DNA of 64,000 nt from Amoebophrya sp. A120 (taxonomy: Eukaryota > Protista > Dinoflagellata), in assembly GCA_905178155.1 (NCBI GenBank), contig CAJINV010000005.1, positions 5,731,754 through 5,795,753 of the forward strand, read 5' to 3'. Both the position numbers and the translations under genes were made by a program. The notes under the pieces were generated by a model. The model was not told the DNA's origin. It saw nothing but the letters and a program-made list of their open reading frames with translations, and did no database searches. Position 1 is the first letter of the stretch. Each line of letters begins with the position of its first letter. Shown here one piece after another: positions 12,959-26,100 of the stretch.

Positions 12959-15900
12959 TGCTGCAAATGAAGTTTATTTTATCCCCCCGCCGGTCGTTAC
13001 AGCTTGCTGGCCATTTCTATTTGTGGCCCTGCTTATTTACAACCAGGAAGGTCAAGGTGAATTTCCATGCGCAGCAGAGTTTTTCTCATCTTTATCAATC
13101 TCTTTGGGTACGACACGCAAGAATTACGAGCCTAGCTACTGAACACCTTGCTGGTTCGCTGCTGCACTATGGACTAGAAAACGAAACAAATAATAAGAAA
13201 GAAGGAGAATAAACGAAGATGGTAGATCATTTGAGAGAAAAATACATCCTCCACCGACTCAGCAAGGAGTATGATTTCGGTACTTTTTATACTTTTTCCT
13301 AGCTGGAAACCTGAAGATGATGTGAACGAAGTGCAAGTGGGTGAATTCAAAAAAGATTTCTCTCAACTTCGCTTCGCTACATGATTTTTCATTTTCTTTA
13401 CTAGTACTACATAAAAGCGAACGACATATATCTTCTAATTTGGCACTGCAAGCGTCCTGTAGTTCTCCTGACAAGGAATCTGAAAAATAGTTAGCCGACA
13501 AAAAACTACACGCATATTGCTCATGCTCCACCCGTACCGTACGCGGTGAGTGTTTGTGGTAGAGCGAGTTGATTTTTTTGTTGGTGAGTGTGAAGAAAGA
13601 ACATGATCAAGACCACTTGTTCCATGGGAGAAAGAATAAAGCAGGAGCTTCACACTTAACGGGAGGGGACAATTATACACAAAAAAAAGTACAACAAATG
13701 ATAAAAGGCGCTTTGATATTTGAAAGGAGTGCAAGTGCTGAAGATCCTACAAATAAGTAGCCGCATTGCGATGGACGTTTGTAACGTTTGGAGGCTCAAT
13801 TGTTCCTAAGCGAAGTGAAAACTTAGGTGCAATTTCAGCTTTTGACGTTTTCATCGGATGTCCTGCACATGGTATCGATACAACACGAAATTGTCCCCAC
13901 TGAACTGCTAGTACATCAAAAACTGTACACCAAGCAACTAACTACTCCGCTTGCTTTTCATCTTATCTGCGCTTTATTTTTCAGTACGGCAAGGGTAAGC
14001 TAATGTTAAGCAGAACGGAGGTAGAGAACAAATTGGGAGGAAGATATGGTCGCACGCTCGTAGTACTCTGTCGTGCGGAAAACACTAACTTCTGCATTTT
14101 GAACCACAACCCGTTGCTCGTTGATTTTACAATTTACTACCCCGAAAAAATGAAAAATGAAAAAATATATACGTTTCGACGTGTGAGGAGGCACTAGTGT
14201 TGAGCCGAACTTACGACTTGACGCAGCTGGGCTCAGCTGGTGGCCAGTGTTGTTCTACTACTTTGCTATGTCTCCATTACTTTATCTTCCTCAGTTTTCT
14301 TCTTGAGTGCGGAGGATGTGGAGCGTTGAGAGAGTTGAGGACGAAGACGAGGGTTACAGTTTTACATAAGCACAGTTTTCTTCGTGTGGTGAGAATGGAG
14401 GCGCTGGCTTTTTCTAGCAGTGGAGAGATCAGGTCGCGCGCTGGCCGCCCTTGTTGGTGCTTCGGGGTAAAAAGCATGGAAATCGGTGGAGTGGCCCCCG
14501 CGCGGGTGGGTTCTCCTGCGAACTTTGCCGGGCGTGTTCCCGTGGGACGGTTCCGGGTCTGTTATGGAGCCCCTGTAGTGGCCGGCGCTTCAGCCCGGCG
14601 CCGTGTTGGTGGCGCGCGCCCGCGTGGAGCGTTGCGCGACATCCTTCCGGCAAATAGAAGCACAAGAGCCGTCCGGGCGGTGTCGTATACACTGAAGACG
14701 CACGACAGCGCAATACTCTCGGAAGTGATTTTCGCAGCTGCCGCCGCAATTATCCCGAGCGAGCCACGGCCCTCCGAGAATGCCGGAGAACAACAAAGAA
14801 CTGGCCCGGCGCTTTGCCATTTCGTGCCTGCCAGTGTTTCCCCCGTCCTGTGGCCGTGAGGCCGCGGCCCCCATCGAGGCCCCCGCCTTCTGGCAGCCGA
14901 AACAAAGGGCCCGCTGGGGAGGCTGGCGGCCAGCGCGTGGGGCGCCCTCCTTGTGTTGCGCGGGTGCCAACGTGTGGAGCAGCGTGCGAGCCAGGCGCGG
15001 GGCACTGTCCTGCTCAGTGGCGCGAGCGCATGTGGAAGAGTGGCAGGGGCGCTCGGCGACCTGTGTTGGGCGCCCCGGTTGCCTCGTGTGAGGATGCGCC
15101 GGCCCCCGCCTCGCCCTGCCTCCGTGCCCCCCCCCGGATCGATGTGTGGTTGGCCATGCGCCTGCGTTGCCAAGGATTAAGTGACGCGCGCCGGGGCGCG
15201 CGGTCGGCGAAGCCCGTCGTAGGCCCTAGGAAGGTGGCGCCGGTGTCCGGCCGCGGGCGTCGTTTCGTACCACCTAGCTTCCTTTCGATCGGCTACCACC
15301 CGCCGCCGCAGCAGCCACTAGTCAGGCGACCCGTTTATTTTATCTGCCTTGTCGGCGCCTCGTAGTGCCAGGCGGTTTATTTCCAGGTGCCGTTGAGCGA
15401 AGAGCAACAGAAGATTCTTGGGCATGCCGACTAATGTCGCTGTTTGCTCAGGTGTTCGCTTGGGATTACGATTATTAGCGACCCTCGTCCCAAAGTGCCA
15501 GTGCGATGGGCAAGACATTGACTTGCAGCTGCAGAGGACGTTTTCTCTGTTTGTCGCCAGTAACAGCTTTGATCACAATTGATGGAAATGGGCATAGCGC
15601 CATGATCGATTCAACGATCAGACCGCGCGCGTCCACCAAATTTAGATGCTGGATGAAAAATGTACATGAATCAATGAAAGCAGTGCGATCCATCTGTTGG
15701 CGCTACAATGCGAATGCCTGAAACCAACGAAAAAGTAAGAGATCGGATCTTACTTACCGTCACTGCGAGGCAACTGGCTGAGCCAGTGCTTGCGCATTGT
15801 GAATCCTAGGAAATTGCATGCATCTTCAACATCATTTTTTAGTTCTAGACTTTATTGACATCAAAGGATCAGTGCGGGTTTTGATGATCTTGAAATTGAC

Positions 15901-16160
15901 ACACATTTCAGTGAATGTAGATGAACGAGCCAGGGTGGATTCAAAAAATCTTCTGATGTCTCCGCGATAGATCCGCCCACGGAAAAGATCATATAGATAT
16001 ACCCCAGTATGTGATACATCGATCAAGAGTAACGTAAAATCTTGATCCATTGGCTTTTTCTCCGCTCAATAGACAGTGCCTCAGATGATGACCGCAAGCA
16101 TCATCGAAAGTTGTTTCTCTCATCTGCGCCTATGTCTAGTACGACTGATACTGATCTAGC

Positions 16161-16163
<3 letters not shown>

Positions 16164-16192
<29 letters not shown>
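16164..16192. repeat. (CT)n microsatellite upstream of the RRP46-like gene
   Basis: Perfect CT run. Confidence 0.9.
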
Positions 16193-16196
<4 letters not shown>

Positions 16197-16238
16197 TGAA
16201 AGAAGTTCTTTTTCTTCGTATAATTTCCGAGCATCACC

Positions 16239-17285
16239 ATGACAGTACCTACCGCCCCTGCAGGAGCCTCTGGCAGCGCACCTTCAGTGGCCCCCAGTCA
16301 CAAGGCCACCGCCACCACAACCACCACGAATATCCACCTGACCCTGAGCGAGGTCCCCAACGCGGATGGCAGCGCGATGTTCGGCTCTTCCATCTGGAAT
16401 GGCCCACGGTTTCTGGCGGCCGTGTACGGCCCGTGTAAGATCCACAAGGGACACTTACTACCGGAAAAGTTGAAGATCGAACTGGTGTACAAGAGTTTTG
16501 GAGGTGGTTCGAATTCGACGACCGCATCGGCTGCATCAGAAAGCCTCAGTAGAAATCAAACCTCGTCTTTGTCCTCCACCGCCGCAGACCGTGTTGTGGA
16601 GGAGAAATTGAAGGTGTTCCTGGAAAATTTGCTCGCGACGGAAAAATACGCCGGGTGTGGGATCCGGGTGTTCGTCTACCCCATGATGTCTATGTCAACA
16701 GCGGCAGTACTAGCAGGGTCATCTACTTGTACTTCGCGACCACAGCACTCAGCGACATTTTGCGGCCCGGAGCTGTTCAACTCGTTGACCTGCGCTTGTC
16801 TGCACGCGGGCTTAGAATTTAGAAATGGCACGCCGTTTTGCGTGTTGTCGACGACAAGTTTTATCAACAGCGTTGAAGCAGATAGTACTACAGAAGATGT
16901 TGCTCGACATGTTGGGACGAAGACGAACAAGCTGGCACGAGTGTTGGGATTCGCGAAAGTGGCTACGTCGTGTAGCAGCAGAGATGTAGAGGACGAAGCC
17001 GCAGCGACCGAATCTGGTGCTGCGAAAAGGCGGAAACTGGAGCAGAAGGGCAATAAGCTAGGTTCGGAAGAAGAGGTGATAACCGAAATGGATTCGGTTG
17101 TCTTCGGGGGACAAGAATCGGATGAATCTGCATTAAGCGTCGACGAAACCGAACCACCAGCAGCTTCATCAACCGAAGCAGATGCGAAGAAACTTCTGAA
17201 AAGGGCAAGGAAACAAGCAGACAGCATTCGGGAGCAAGTTCGTGCAGTTTTTCAAAAACACTTCGAGAAAAACCTTCCGGCGTGA
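16239..17285 (+). CDS. RNase PH-fold exosome subunit (RRP46/EXOSC5-like), intronless
   Basis: Motifs ADGSAMF, FLAAVYGP, KIELVYK, GIRVFV and FNSLTCACLHAGL match the RNase PH/Rrp41-Rrp46 pattern. Exact subunit uncertain. Confidence 0.75.
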   Translation: MTVPTAPAGASGSAPSVAPSHKATATTTTTNIHLTLSEVPNADGSAMFGSSIWNGPRFLAAVYGPCKIHKGHLLPEKLKIELVYKSFGGGSNSTTASAASESLSRNQTSSLSSTAADRVVEEKLKVFLENLLATEKYAGCGIRVFVYPMMSMSTAAVLAGSSTCTSRPQHSATFCGPELFNSLTCACLHAGLEFRNGTPFCVLSTTSFINSVEADSTTEDVARHVGTKTNKLARVLGFAKVATSCSSRDVEDEAAATESGAAKRRKLEQKGNKLGSEEEVITEMDSVVFGGQESDESALSVDETEPPAASSTEADAKKLLKRARKQADSIREQVRAVFQKHFEKNLPA

Positions 17286-17399
17286 TCATAGGAAGTGGAT
17301 ACAAAGAACTGCTGTGATTATACCACGAGAGAATGATCTGCTAGTGCTTCGTGAAGATGTTGCTCATTTAGACTAGCTTCAGCTTTGCTTTTGCAATGC

Positions 17400-18380
17400 G
17401 AGAGCTGGAATCAATGATCGAAAAAGTTTTCACACAGCACAGCATGTGCTGATAAATAATTTCCTCGTATTCCCATGGCGCCCGATGCTGTTGCAAGTGC
17501 GCCCTGCTTGTTTGCTTTGTTGTTCTGAAAAGATTGTCTGGTGCACATGCATGGGCCAGGAGTGACGACGACCCTAAAGCTCCTGTTGCAGGTGTAGAAT
17601 TTGATTTTTCGTTGACATCTTGCTGTCGCTGGATCTCTATCGTAATCGTGTCGTAATCGTGTCGTGATCTTGTCGTGTAAGTCGTTGTCGTTGACATGAG
17701 TGTCTTGTCGTTGAGCAGTTTTTTTTTGAAGAGAGGGTGAGTCGATGAGCGATGTCGTGGTGAACTGCTGATGTGCGCACTTGAATTAAGATTTTAAAAT
17801 TAGCCCTGTTTTGTTCTGTAATTAAAGGCAAAGGACTATGCAGCAGCTGCAAGATGTCGTTTACAGGTGTGCAGAAATCCGTGTCCCTTCGCAAGGACTA
17901 CGGTGGCAATTGCAATGTCAAACTATGGACCCAATTCAAGTGTGAACTCGGGACCGGTGCGAGTGCCACCATTACGGTGGAGGAAATCACCGACTTCGCG
18001 GAGTTCCTGGTGTCCAAGCCCTACTTGTCCGCGGTAAATTACCTCGGGGCTGCGGTTGGCTATGAAGCGAGCCGCAACAAGCTGCAGGAGTCGGTGCATT
18101 TCGAGCGACGCTATAAGCAGCTCCGTGCCAGTGTGGTCAAGGAGCTTAGCAGGGTTCTGCCGACACAGGCCAAGGTCATTGCAACCCGGGACATGGTGAA
18201 GATGCCGCAGCAGCTCCGGACCCTTTTGGTCCTACCCGTCCTTCTGGGGTGGCGGGATGCTTCCTTGTGTGAAGCATCCAATGCGGATGTCGAGCTGGTA
18301 GGCGACCGCCTCTTGGTCCATTGCGGTAAGGACAAGGTGCAGAGAGAGAGAGAGAGCTGGAATCAATGATCGAAAAAGTT
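17400..18380 (+). mobile_element. tyrosine-recombinase element remnant between 29-nt direct repeats
   Basis: GAGAGCTGGAATCAATGATCGAAAAAGTT at 17400-17428 and 18352-18380. The insert contains a YR-like ORF and ends in an (AG)n tract. Confidence 0.65.
17854..18369 (+). pseudogene. C-terminally truncated tyrosine recombinase (Crypton/DIRS-type)
   Basis: Core-binding-like ITDFAEFLV...VNYLGAAV, then LLVLPVLLGWRDASL...ADV...LLVHCGKDK (box I Arg and catalytic Lys region). HxxR and Tyr are absent because the ORF runs into the AG tract. Confidence 0.6.
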
Positions 18381-19388
18381 AAGTAAAATTGCTAGCGAGC
18401 TTTCGCTGTAGTCCCACTAGTAGCTAGCGCAGCTTCATACTTACTCGCGCTGCACGTTGAACAACCTGCAATTATAGATACGTAGATGAAGTGCTGACCG
18501 TGACCGCCCGCATGCTGAGAAAGTAAAAAAGCAAGGGCAGCATGCAAGAAAACGCGCTGTCATCAAGATCAACTGCGGTACTGTTGATAATTGAATACTT
18601 AAAAGAAAAGAGCATTCCTGGGTCGATGGAGATCGATAATCCATTTCATGTTCTGTCTGTCTTTCTTTTCCGTTCATGTTCTACTCTCCTGTATGTAATC
18701 GCTCAAATAAGCGATCATGCGCAGCAAAGCGATCCGATCCTATACTTACATTTTTTAGTCGTTCGTGAAATTGAAAGCGAAACCAAAGGCAGCAAAAGCG
18801 ATCCTGATCCGGAAAGCATAAGATAAAGCAAGTAATACAGGCAAAGATCCACTTCATAACGAACTCCTTTCGATCATGATGAAGTTGCGCTTTTAATATT
18901 AAAAATTGGAGATTGAGTTGATCCTGATTTTTCATTCGCGCAATCGGTTTTTGGACGGCCCAACTACGTCGAGTTTGTTTCACCACTCTGTGCATTGTCA
19001 ATCAAACGCAGTCATTTTGTTTTGATTCTGACCCTGGTAGCTTTTACAGTACCGAAGAAGCTTGCGCCATATTGTTTTTATTCTGATTGTCATTTCATCA
19101 CTCTTATTTTGGCTGTGTGCTACATCAATTGCAAAAACGACACTCATAAATTGCTATTCCCATAAAGAACAAGAGTAACTCGAACTGCAAACTTTTTCGT
19201 GTAAGATTTCAAATCAAAAATAAAGATCGTTCTGCTCTTTGATCGATTTTGCATAGAACACCAGTGCCAGGCCGTTCTCATCTATTTACTTTATATTTTG
19301 TACATATAACAATATATTTTGCGCATCTTTTGACTCACCTTCAAGTTTGGTGCTTATTTTGTTGCAGAATATTTATTTGAAAATCAAA

Positions 19389-21617
19389 ATGCAAGAAAAC
19401 CAGCAAAATATCTTGGCGCACGCCGGTCCAGGCGAAGACCTCCATGGGGAAGCGACTAGTGTCGGCCATGTCGCGCAGCCTGAGCAGCATCAGGCTCCTG
19501 GAGTGCAGCAGCATCTGCAACCGCAACCTCCGCAATACTACTATGCCGAAGACGGAACAGTTCACCTTGTTGACGAGCCAGAGGTAGTCGAGCCACCTCG
19601 TGGGCGGAACGGGTGTGGATGTCCAGTGTGGGTGATCATTCTGATCGTCGTCGGGTCGGTTCTTGTGGTCGGCGGTATTATCGGCGTTGTCGTTGCTTGT
19701 GTCGCGAATTCCACTAACAATAACCCCAACCAGCCGGGGCCAGCAAATCCAACTCCCCAACCCGGACCAAATCCAAATCCCCAACCCGGAACAAATCCTC
19801 CAAGCCCGCCACCCGGCCCGACAAATCCGCCGTCGCCTCCGGGCCCGCCCGCTGGAAATCGCTCGGCTCCGAAACAGCTCAGCAGAATCGTGAGTAACGA
19901 CCCAGACGATGCGGTAGACCTGCCTGCGGTGACGACCCCGAAATTTGGTCCGAAACCGGCGGCGAAGCCAGCCAATTTGACCAATTCTGGTTCGCATGGG
20001 ACGACGACGCAGGCCAACCGGGGAAGCGCGGCGCGCGACACGTGGCTTCGCTGGATAGCGTATGACGCGCACGAAAAAGATCCGTTCAAGGCCGGTGGGA
20101 GTGCGGATACAATTCTAAACGCTACGGCGAACGAAACCCTGAAGCACCACTTCCGCGAGAACATCACACAGGACCGCGTTCACCTCGCGTACAAGCAAGT
20201 TCTTTCGATCGTGCCGTTTGCTGTCAGTATTTGGCGTACTACCTACTACGAGTCCACGAACGGTGTAACCTGGTATTTGGATACCATTTGGGACGAAAAG
20301 TGGACCATCTCCAAACTGCGCGACCAGTTGACAACGGGCACCGCCGAGGCACCGCCGCAATATACTCGGCCGAAGGACTTGAACACGGTGTGGAATAGCA
20401 GTGTCCAAAGCTGGTCGAGTAGCTGGAACGCACTGCAGGTCAACGCGCTCAAGTATCGCTTGAAGGCCCGGTTTGAGGACTTGCTGTCCGTCCGTGTTCA
20501 CCACCAAGACATGGATGATTTGTTCCAGCAATACGACCTGGACACCACTGGCATCACGGACGCCGACAGCGCAGCCTGGGTCTCCACGTACTACGTACTA
20601 TCCGAGCAGAAGATGCGCAAACTCGTGATGACAATGTTTTGGGCGCTTGTATTGGCTCGCATTCGCGTGGGACGCAGAATCATGCAAACGAGCAATGACA
20701 CGTGGAATAACCCCACCAGCGGCACGAAAACATTCAACAATCCGCACTCTGACGCCAACAAAATGGGCATGGGACACTGGGGATTTGACCGCACGATCTT
20801 CGGCACGCCTAAGATTCTGTATCATTACACCATCGTTACTTTTCATCTAGCGATCAGAACCTCCGGCACATTGAGGCCTTCGAATGACGCAGCAAATGCC
20901 ATTCTCGGACCCGGAGTTTACTTCACGAACCTACAGCAAGGGTTATTTAGCCTGACGGAGGTGCAAAAAGAAACGCGCGTTGGAGAGGAGTGCGTCGTGG
21001 CATTGGATGCGGATGCCCTGAGGGAAAAGCAGAACTTCTACCTTGACCGCTTTTGGGATGTCCGCAGGCGTCAGAATGCAGGCGCGCGACAAGCTCGGTT
21101 GGCCGCCGATTGGCGGAGCCCTGAGTTTGCAGACAATTTGCGAGCTTTCGATGATTATATGAAGAACACCGGTACCGCAATCATGCCCGAAGTGATGACG
21201 CGCGGCAGTCCCTCCGGGGCACAGAAGGAAACGAGCCTGAGTGACGTACTCGCTCGGCGACAGAAGGAGGTACGCTGGGAATTGAAGGAAAACCTAAACG
21301 ACGAAGGAACCTATCTTTTTGGGGCAACGAACCACTGGCGGGCGCGCAAAAAAGCCGCCTACAGAAACGCACGTGGCCGCCGCAATGGCTTTGACATGCC
21401 GCCCGGCCGCGAAAGCGAGAGGGACGTTGTCAACCCGGACCTCACCGAGAATGGCGGCCAGATCAATTTGCGCACGCTTGACGAGGGCTACGACTTTATC
21501 TCGGTCTGCGGACTCAATCTGCCCACTGCTGGGAACGGCGTCGTGTTTCTTAACGAGTGGGTCGCCGCGAAGGAAGGCCGTGCGACTTTGCGAACGCCGA
21601 GGCCAAACCCAATCTAA
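19389..21617 (+). CDS. membrane-anchored protein with Pro-rich stalk and Tox-ART-HYD1-like ADP-ribosyltransferase domain (742 aa, intronless)
   Basis: TM helix VWVIILIVVGSVLVVGGIIGVVVACV and PxPGP repeats. C-terminal ILYHYT...IRTSGTLRPS...AILGPGVYFTNL...ECVVALD. Confidence 0.75.
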   Translation: MQENQQNILAHAGPGEDLHGEATSVGHVAQPEQHQAPGVQQHLQPQPPQYYYAEDGTVHLVDEPEVVEPPRGRNGCGCPVWVIILIVVGSVLVVGGIIGVVVACVANSTNNNPNQPGPANPTPQPGPNPNPQPGTNPPSPPPGPTNPPSPPGPPAGNRSAPKQLSRIVSNDPDDAVDLPAVTTPKFGPKPAAKPANLTNSGSHGTTTQANRGSAARDTWLRWIAYDAHEKDPFKAGGSADTILNATANETLKHHFRENITQDRVHLAYKQVLSIVPFAVSIWRTTYYESTNGVTWYLDTIWDEKWTISKLRDQLTTGTAEAPPQYTRPKDLNTVWNSSVQSWSSSWNALQVNALKYRLKARFEDLLSVRVHHQDMDDLFQQYDLDTTGITDADSAAWVSTYYVLSEQKMRKLVMTMFWALVLARIRVGRRIMQTSNDTWNNPTSGTKTFNNPHSDANKMGMGHWGFDRTIFGTPKILYHYTIVTFHLAIRTSGTLRPSNDAANAILGPGVYFTNLQQGLFSLTEVQKETRVGEECVVALDADALREKQNFYLDRFWDVRRRQNAGARQARLAADWRSPEFADNLRAFDDYMKNTGTAIMPEVMTRGSPSGAQKETSLSDVLARRQKEVRWELKENLNDEGTYLFGATNHWRARKKAAYRNARGRRNGFDMPPGRESERDVVNPDLTENGGQINLRTLDEGYDFISVCGLNLPTAGNGVVFLNEWVAAKEGRATLRTPRPNPI

Positions 21618-23153
21618 GGAATGGCAGTCGCATCCGCACGCTCCTTTTTTATACTTTTTTGCTTCGAGGAATGCTGGCTCTCAAGTTCATTGGACGGTAA
21701 CCTGAAAGAGGTAGTGGTGCTAGAAATGATAATAAATTACGGAAGACTTAAGACCCATCTGAAAGGAATATATGCATATGGTTCACACTCTTTATTACGA
21801 CGCGGACAAGGTGGACCTCTGGACTTTCTTGCAAGAGGTGCGTGCAGTGCCGCTGCAAAAACTTTTGGTTGACGTGGAGCTGCCGCCTTGGCTGATTTTT
21901 GATTATCTGGTGGTGCCACAGCTTGCTGCACACTGTCAAGGCCCACGAAACGAGAAGTGAGCAAGTTGCAGGTCTCGTTAGGGTTACGACTGCTCCTGCC
22001 GTGACCACCTCTCTCTTTTGATCGACGTGTGCGATTTATTTCTGCAGACAGTTGTAGTTATACGATCTCCGTGACCGCGTCTCTCTTTTTTCTTTTTTTA
22101 TCGAAAAAAAGGAAGTTGCGACGCAGGAGCACCATCAGCAGCCATTCGTTACTTACAGCCAGTATTGCGACGTCAGAAAATAGAACATCAACATCAAGAC
22201 TAAAAATAAACTCATGAAAGTACTGTACAACTGATATAACTCATGAAAGTACTGTAAAGTAGTGTTGTACTCCAACACAAAAAGCTACATAAGTATGATT
22301 ATCTTCACATGTATGATTTTATTTCATTGACACGCTTTTTCTCTCAATCTACCCGAGAGAGAGACGGGTCTACTATGAGTATGACACAGACACTAAGACT
22401 GCTCGCTAATGCTTTGTCTCGATCTCGTCACTGACATGCGTGTTTCTTGGACAGAGTAAGCAACACGAATCGTAGAGGCCACGTTCGTTCCGTTCGTGGT
22501 GCAAGTGAAAAAATAATAGATAAGTCCAGGAACAAACCATTTTTCTCTGATCTGGAAGGTCCAAACAACACCCAGCGCGGTAGCTTGCACTACAACTTAT
22601 TGCGCCACTTTTTGACCTTTTCGCGGGTAATATCTATGCACCCGGGCCGATCCACTTGTTATGCATTCAGTGGGGTTTCTGTTTCGCACAAGTAGCTCTG
22701 GCGCGGCGGGTGTTTGACCTTTTGCTTTTGGGTGGATCTTCCCTATCAAGGGCATGACGTGACGAAAGAGATAGAGTATCAGCAATATTCAAGGATGAGA
22801 CATCGATGGATAAAAGCCATATACAAAGAAGGTCTTTGGATGGCGTGGGGCATCAAATACAAACATCGACAGCCGACGCCTTGCTGCGTTTCTACTGGGA
22901 AGGTTACATGTCCTCGTAGATTTTCTGAATTTGGCAATCAATCGTGTTCCACCGACGAGGAGGAGGAGGAACTCCTCGACGAAATACTTATTTTAAACTA
23001 CTAGATTGCTCCGCTTCTAAATCGAATTCAACAGAGAATCACGAGCGCATCATAGCTACGAAGGTCCTTGGTTCTTCCCTGCTCCGGGCATGATCCCGTT
23101 ATGGATGCAGTCGCTGGCCCCCCTGCGCAAGTAGAAAAAATCAAAACAAAACT

Positions 23154-26100
23154 ATGTCTGCTATAATCTTCCGGTCGTCGCTCCGTGCATCAGCAGGACA
23201 GCCAGCATCTTCATTTCGCTCCTCAACTTCTTGGTTCGCGCCTTCATTTGCGCAGCTTCTCGTCCTCGTGTCTTTGTTGTGCAGTGTTGAGCAAGCAAAC
23301 GTGGTCAGAAATCCGTTCGTGGTTGTAGCTGCTTTAGCGGCTCGTGCGTCATCAACTTCCAGAGGAGTATCGCAAGAGGAACCTCGACCCTCAACTGCAG
23401 GACGCGTTACAAGAGACGCTGCTGGTGCTGGTGGAGATGCAGACCTGCAAGACCTAGACCGCTTGGAGCAGCAACTACAACTCCTGGAAAGAACTACACC
23501 CACCGATGTTGAAGAGCAAGCTTTGCCCCACGCTTCAACGAAAGCGACGAATTTCAGTGAGGAAACGGAGAGGGAGAATGCATTGCAAATATGTCTGGGT
23601 CTAGAAGAGTGTAACTTGTCATGCTACATCTGGATCGTGGAAAAATTTGCGTTGCATAATTACCAAAAGAGGTCCACTTTTGAACAAGTTTAGAGGCAGT
23701 TTCTCATGCAGGAAAGGCATGATAAAGATCTCACAGAGCCTGTCATGCTAGACCGTGCGTGCCAGACCGCGTGGGTCATGGAAAACCTGCATGACAAAAC
23801 TACCAATCTTCCTGACCCAGACGTTTTTGCATTTCATAGCGAGAATGTGTGTGCGATTTGCCTGGACTTACTCGACAAACTGGAATCGCCAGAGATCAGC
23901 AGCAGCAGCTTGTGCCAAGAGAGTACAACTTCTAACCAACCGCAAGCGCAGTCCAGCGGAGAATCAATAGGTGGTGGAACAACAGCAGCAGCCCCACTAA
24001 CACCTCCGTCTACACCACAGAACAATTCGAATGGTGCTAGTACCGGCGGCACTGGCACAAGCCCACAAGCAGAAAATCTTCGCTTACGACTCCCGATCTC
24101 CAGCCGACGTGGACCGGTTCGGAATAGAAGCCGGGGAAGAACAACTGGCGAAGACCGTGCAAGAACGCCAACGTCTTCGGGAAGCAACATTTTTCGCCGG
24201 TTAGCCGGCGGTGCGCGGTTCCACGCGAATCTGTGGCGGGCCGAAAGGGCACGGAATAGGGGCCGGTATGCACCAGAGCAAGCTGCAGCTTCGGGTGGAA
24301 ATGTTGGCATCGGCGATCAACAGACCCCTCCGAGCGTCCGCCGGTACAGTGGGACTGCGAGTAATCGCATATGAGAGTGCACAACTCCCCCTCCCCCTCG
24401 TTTGTCATGCAAAATACCAAATCCACCCTTTGCCTCTTGGCACTGTTTGCATGACAAGTTCTGGTGGCCCAAATAGCACTACAATCCAGTGGAAATTTGT
24501 CATGCAAAACCGGCGGCATTCTTGCTGATGCTTGTTGTATTGCCGTTCATGCTATACAAATTATGAGGGGGAGGGGGAGTTGTGCACTGTTATATCGCAA
24601 CCAACCAGAACCACCACAGAACTCCTACGACCGCCGCGCTCGCGGTGGGTACTACTGCGGCCCCACGCACGACCACCTGCCGGCGGTGGTGTTGTGCTGC
24701 CGCAAGTGGCGCGAAATCGATCCCACGGAGAACGGAAACCCGATGCGAGTTCGATCCCAGAGTCCGCACTGTCGGAGAGAGACGATCCAGGACCGGAGTG
24801 TGATGCAAGTTGAAACTTTGGCGGAACATGTATGGATTGCAAATATGTGGTATTGCACTTTACAAGCTTTTCGTGAGTGGAAATTTTTGCATCACAAGTT
24901 GTACTAGTTCAGGGGAGAACGTGAAAATTCCCAACATGCTGCGGTAGCTGAAAACCAACGATGTGGTCACATCTGTCTTGCATGATTCCAATCAATACTT
25001 TACTACGAGTGCGATCCTACAACTTTTGCCCAGAATACTCCGAGCTGCGCTGCAACTTTTGCGAACAGCGGAACCTGAAAAAGATTTGGGAACAGGAAAA
25101 ATTAAAGAAAAAGCAGCAGCAAGAGGCTATGCAGCGCATCACAGACGGCGAAGTAGCAACCAACGAGGAAATAAGCCAAGACTTCCCTGATTCTGGCCTG
25201 GTCCGCCACCGTTGCTCCTCTGGCAGCTGTATCAAATGCAAAAATGTCTGGGTCTGGAAGGTTGGAAGACTTCTCATGCAGGTTTTCCATGACGCGTGAG
25301 GTCTGTCATACATGACCCAGCATGACAGATTTTGTCCGACCTCTATCATGCCTCGTCTGCATCCATGAGAAACTCCCTCTCAGCTTGGTCAAAAGTGGAC
25401 AGCTTTTGGTAATCTTGCAACACAGATTTTTGCACTATCCAGAATCAGCATAAGAAGTTGCAACCTTCCAGACCACCCAGACATATTTGCAATCCATAAG
25501 CTGCGCCTCAGCCTCCTCGCGCACGACCGCAGCGCCGTCTACGGTCGCAGGAGCCACCGGGAACAATGGCTACAACAGCAACACCGCTGGTGGGAGCGCG
25601 ACTGCCCGATCTTCTATCCGACTTTCCACCGACGGAACGGAGGACCGGTTGATGCTGTTTGGCTCTACCGCATCGGCATCGTCTGCAGCTTCATCTGGTG
25701 CGCAAGCGCCAGCTGCCCCTCCCGCAGGTGGAACCAGCACGAGGACCACGGCGGGGGAGGCGCAACCTCCAGTTGCAAGGAGCGGCGGCGGTGGCTATCC
25801 GTCGAGCAGCACCTTGTCCAGGCAGCTCCTTCCCGGCGGTGGAATGCGTGGGTGTTTTGGTGGAACCTCCTCGTTCGTGTGTGGGGCAGGCTGCGGCGCG
25901 GGGCTTTCGTTGACGACCGGGACTGGTGGCGCGCGCCCGGCTACCGGCGTTTCGTCTCCAACCGTTGTGGAGCGCGGCGGTGCGGGAGACAGACAAGAAT
26001 GCAGCTGTCAACAACAGCTTGACGCGGCAAATAAGGAGCAGGATAAAGTGCAAGCGGCTTGTCTTTCCTGCGCAGGAGCAGGGGCTACTGCAGCTACTGG

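Noticed and set aside
14197-15365. GC-rich ORF cluster; TGTTGAG as a possible LTR start
   Set aside because: No partner LTR or TSD found, and the ORFs are R/A/P-rich shadows.
15318-16050. Minus-strand ORF fragments faintly resembling a decayed recombinase
   Set aside because: No intact catalytic motif; too weak to call without a profile search.
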